This document shows, in pieces, positions 29,596 to 32,000 of a stretch of 32,000 nucleotides of DNA. The notes below the pieces were generated by a model. That model was not told where the DNA came from. It did not search any database and saw only the letters and a program-made list of their open reading frames with translations. Source of the stretch: Cupriavidus necator. Its GTDB lineage: Bacteria; Pseudomonadota; Gammaproteobacteria; Burkholderiales; Burkholderiaceae. The DNA is taken from assembly GCF_016127575.1 (NCBI RefSeq), contig NZ_CP066019.1, forward strand, positions 780,001 to 812,000, read 5' to 3'. The position numbers and the translations under genes are program-made. Each line of letters begins with the position of its first letter. The stretch's first letter is position 1.

Positions 29596-29640
29596 GGCAC
29601 ACTCATGGTGCAGTGCGGTGGGCTGCGCTGGTGCGATGCA
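29596..29640. promoter_or_regulatory. two NtrC-like enhancer sites upstream of the sigma-54 promoter
   Basis: GGCACA-CTCAT-GGTGCA (29596-29612) and TGCGCT-GGTGC-GATGCA (29624-29640) compared with TGCACC-N5-GGTGCA. The centres lie about 125 and 155 nt upstream of the predicted +1. Confidence 0.45.
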
Positions 29641-29655
29641 ATACCGCGGTCGGCG

Positions 29656-30141
29656 CTACTGGTCCGAAGCCGGGGACTGGGCGTTGACGGGAATGATCCG
29701 CATATCGCGCGGCGACACTTCCACGCCGTCCTCGTCGACCAATGCCGCGCGCACCAGCTTGCCGCTGGCGCGCGAGCGGATCTGCACCGGGCCTTCGCCG
29801 GACGGGGCCATGTGGCTGTCGCCCCACTGCATCAGGCCGACCAGCACCGGCAGCAACTCGACGGCGGCGCGGGTGGGGCGGTATTCGAAGCGTTCGCGCT
29901 CGCCGGGCTCGCGGTAGCCGACCTTGCGCAGCAGGCCGGCGTCGGTCAGCGTCTTGAGGCGCGCGGACAGCACCGCGGGCGAGCATTCCAGCCGGCGCAG
30001 GAAGTCGTCGAAGCGCGTCACGCCATGGAAGACATCGCGCAGGATCAGGATCGTCCACTTTTCGCCGATCAGCGACAGCGTCGCGGCAATCGAGCAGTGG
30101 CGGAGGTCGGACGCATTGAGGGTCATGATGCCGGCAAGCAT
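29656..30141 (-). CDS. HxlR family (winged-helix) transcriptional regulator
   Basis: Contains CSIAATLSLIGEKWTILILRDVFHGVTRFDDFLRRLECSPAVLSARLKTLTDAGLL, the typical HxlR core. The start may instead be the ATG at 30126. The C-terminal ~50 aa extend beyond the usual HxlR length. Confidence 0.85.
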   Translation of the reverse strand: MLAGIMTLNASDLRHCSIAATLSLIGEKWTILILRDVFHGVTRFDDFLRRLECSPAVLSARLKTLTDAGLLRKVGYREPGERERFEYRPTRAAVELLPVLVGLMQWGDSHMAPSGEGPVQIRSRASGKLVRAALVDEDGVEVSPRDMRIIPVNAQSPASDQ

Positions 30142-30147
30142 AGCATG

Positions 30148-30170
30148 CTGACTTCATTTGCAAAAGTCAG
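30148..30170. promoter_or_regulatory. inverted repeat CTGACTT-N9-AAGTCAG, candidate HxlR operator
   Basis: Perfect 7-bp arms in the 78-bp HxlR/GNAT divergent intergenic region. A further CTGACT half-site lies at 30186-30191. Confidence 0.4.
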
Positions 30171-30219
30171 GTTATCTCCTATACTCTGACTACGAATTTT
30201 GAATCCAGAGGGTGCCGGG

Positions 30220-30801
30220 ATGGATGATCAGAGCGAGGCCCGCACGGGCAAGGCGGAAAGCTGGACGGTGGGACGGGGCGTGCAGGTCACGCTGCGCCAT
30301 ACGCGGCCTCAGGATGGCGGGGCGCTGCGCGCGCTGGTGGATGGGCTCTCGCGTGAGAGCCGCTACTTCCGCTTCCTGAGCGGCGGGCGCGTGGTGGACG
30401 CGATTGTCGACGGCCTGGCCGCGCCCGGACCTGGCGGGGTGGCGCTGGTGGTGGAGGCGCCCGACGAAGTTGGTGTCTCAGCCATTGTCGCCAGCGCGGA
30501 ATACGTGGTGTCCGGGCAGGTCGGGGAATTTGCCGTGGTGGTTGCCGACGGCTGGCAAGGGCAGGGACTGGGGCGGCGCCTGATCGCCAGGCTGTGCGAA
30601 CTGGCGCGCGCGGCCGGCCTGCGCACCCTGCGCGGCGACGTGCTCAGCGAGAACCGCCGCATGCTGGCCATCCTGCGCGGCCTCGGCTTTGCCAGCCGCC
30701 GCAATCCGCAGGACAGCCACCTGCATGAAGTCACGCTGGCGCTTGGCCAGCCGGCGCGCAGCCCGCAGCGGCTGCCGGCGGACTGGTTCGGCGCGCGCTG
30801 A
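30220..30801 (+). CDS. GNAT family N-acetyltransferase (resembles the GNAT domain of Pat-type protein acetyltransferases)
   Basis: The ATG at 30220 (track TTG at 30199) gives MDDQSEART.... The acetyl-CoA motif is WQGQGLGRRL. An SRESRYFRF segment is one I associate, from memory, with Pat-like lysine acetyltransferase GNAT domains. Confidence 0.78.
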   Translation: MDDQSEARTGKAESWTVGRGVQVTLRHTRPQDGGALRALVDGLSRESRYFRFLSGGRVVDAIVDGLAAPGPGGVALVVEAPDEVGVSAIVASAEYVVSGQVGEFAVVVADGWQGQGLGRRLIARLCELARAAGLRTLRGDVLSENRRMLAILRGLGFASRRNPQDSHLHEVTLALGQPARSPQRLPADWFGAR

Positions 30802-31677
30802 TTAACTGGCGTCGCGCTTGCCGCGCGAGGTCATGGTGCAACCTGCCGAGGCCGTGATGATGCTGGCGATCGCCAGCCATTGCAGCGCGCTCAGCTGTTC
30901 ATGCAGGAACGCCAGCCCGGCCAGCGCGCCCATCGCCGGCTCCATGCTCAGCAGGATGCCGAAGGTGCGCCGGTGCAGGCGCTTGAGCGCCACCATTTCC
31001 AGCGAATAGGGGATCGCGCTCGACAGGATGCCCACCGCCAGCCCGAACAGCAGCAGCGTCGGGCTGAACATCGCGGTGCCCGCATGCGCGAGTCCGAACG
31101 GCAGCACCACCAGCGCCGCCATGGTCAGCCCTAGCGCGGTGGCCTGCCCGCCGTGGGCGTTGCCCGCCATCTGCCCGAACACGATATACAGCGCCCAGCC
31201 CACGCCCGCGGCCAGCGCATAGCCGATGCCCACCGGATCGAGCGTGCCGGCGGCATCGCCGACCGGCAGCAACAGCAGCAGCCCGGCCACGGCAAAGGCG
31301 ATCCACAGGAAATCAATTGCGCGCCGCGACGACAGCACCGCGACCGCCAGCGGCCCGGTGAACTCGATCGCGATCGCCAGCCCCAGCGGGATGGTGCGCA
31401 GCGACATGTAGAACAGCAGGTTGGTCGCGCCCAGCGCCGCGCCGTACAGCGCGATCGCGCGCGCGTTGGTTCGCGTCAGCGGGATGCGCCACGGGCGCCA
31501 GACGCACAGCAGGATCAGCGCGGAGAAGCTCACCCGCAGCGCCGTGGTGCCCTGTGCCCCGAGCGCCGAGAACAGGCTCTTGGCAAAAGAGGTGCCGATG
31601 CACAGCGAGGCCATCGAGCCGGTCAGGGCCAGCACGGCGAGCAGGGTCGAGCGACGGTGGGCGGCGGTTTGCGGCAA
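30802..31677 (-). CDS. EamA/DMT family transporter (RhtA-like exporter)
   Basis: 291-aa hydrophobic ORF with about 10 predicted TM segments and the two-EamA-repeat organisation. Its stop codon abuts the stop of the convergent GNAT gene (TGA 30799-30801, TAA complement 30802-30804). Confidence 0.87.
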   Translation of the reverse strand: MPQTAAHRRSTLLAVLALTGSMASLCIGTSFAKSLFSALGAQGTTALRVSFSALILLCVWRPWRIPLTRTNARAIALYGAALGATNLLFYMSLRTIPLGLAIAIEFTGPLAVAVLSSRRAIDFLWIAFAVAGLLLLLPVGDAAGTLDPVGIGYALAAGVGWALYIVFGQMAGNAHGGQATALGLTMAALVVLPFGLAHAGTAMFSPTLLLFGLAVGILSSAIPYSLEMVALKRLHRRTFGILLSMEPAMGALAGLAFLHEQLSALQWLAIASIITASAGCTMTSRGKRDAS

Positions 31678-31808
31678 TTTGGGGATCCTGTTTTATGGCG
31701 TGGCCTGTGCAATGCTGCCGCATCATGCGGCAAGCCCGGCGCGGGCGCCATATACAGGTGCGGGCCAGTGGCTCAGTACAGTTGGCCGTGCCCCGGGCAC
31801 GCCGCTGC

Positions 31809-32000
31809 TCAGTGATCCCGAGCTGCCGCCTTGCGCCGCTTGCCGGGTTTGCTGGCGCAGTCCGGGCAACGCCCCAGTAGCGTCAGCTCGTGGTGCTCCA
31901 CTTCGAAACCCGGTGGCGTGATCTCTTCCAGATGCCCGGGGCACCCTTCCAGCGGGAAGACGCGGTCGCACGACAGGCACTGGAAATAGTGCCGGTGGGT
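31809..32000 (-). CDS. Fur family transcriptional regulator (Zur-like), N-terminus outside window
   Basis: Hand translation of the minus strand from the window edge: THRHYFQCLSCDRVFPLEGCPGHLEEITPPGFEVEHHELTLLGRCPDCASKPGKRRKAAARDH*. This is the Fur-family C-terminal dimerisation domain with the HHxH-like and CxxC...CxxC zinc sites. It is not in the ORF track because the start lies beyond 32000. Confidence 0.85.
   Translation of the reverse strand, partial: THRHYFQCLSCDRVFPLEGCPGHLEEITPPGFEVEHHELTLLGRCPDCASKPGKRRKAAARDH

Noticed and set aside
30799-30804. Abutting stop codons of the convergent GNAT and EamA genes (TGATTAA), considered as a sign of a frameshift or fused gene
   Set aside because: Both proteins are full length for their families and lie on opposite strands. 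This is simply tight convergent packing, although it leaves no room for a terminator between them.
31723-31980. 85-aa minus-strand ORF at the right edge
   Set aside because: A different minus-strand frame over 31809-32000 gives an unmistakable Fur-family C-terminus (HYFQCLSC...CPDC). The 85-aa ORF is a shadow.

Overview
This is a GC-rich proteobacterial chromosome segment, roughly two-thirds G+C by eye outside the rRNA genes (not computed). The 16S sequence and two Bug/TctC-type binding proteins point to Burkholderiales, probably the Cupriavidus/Ralstonia lineage. That call rests on recollection only; a 16S BLAST would settle it. Left to right: (1) An acyl-CoA metabolism cluster: an enoyl-CoA hydratase divergent from nitronate monooxygenase, PaaI thioesterase and thiolase, followed by a histidine phosphatase, a TetR regulator and a VIT1 transporter. 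(2) A LysR regulator divergent from a GST and a PNPOx-like flavoprotein, then a Bug binding protein, a small secreted protein, and a DnaQ-exonuclease/GIY-YIG (Cho-like) fusion. (3) A complete rrn operon (16S, tRNA-Ile, tRNA-Ala, 23S, 5S) with tandem promoters, boxA elements, processing stems and a terminator. Its 23S carries an insertion of roughly 90 nt in helix 45. (4) An MFS transporter and a second Bug protein. (5) A five-gene minus-strand assimilatory nitrate/nitrite operon (NNP transporter, nirB, nirD, FAD subunit, nasA). It is preceded by NtrC-like sites, a near-consensus sigma-54 promoter, and a leader with twin AACGGC-hexaloop hairpins overlapping an intrinsic terminator. (6) An HxlR regulator divergent from a GNAT, an EamA exporter, and a partial Fur-family regulator. 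I see no transposase, integrase, phage gene, CRISPR array or recognisable defence/toxin module. This looks like core chromosome, and I do not claim a new system. The most noteworthy items are regulatory or RNA-level: the nas leader switch, the 23S insertion, and a shared 16-bp palindrome. Most long ORFs in the supplied track are high-GC shadow frames.
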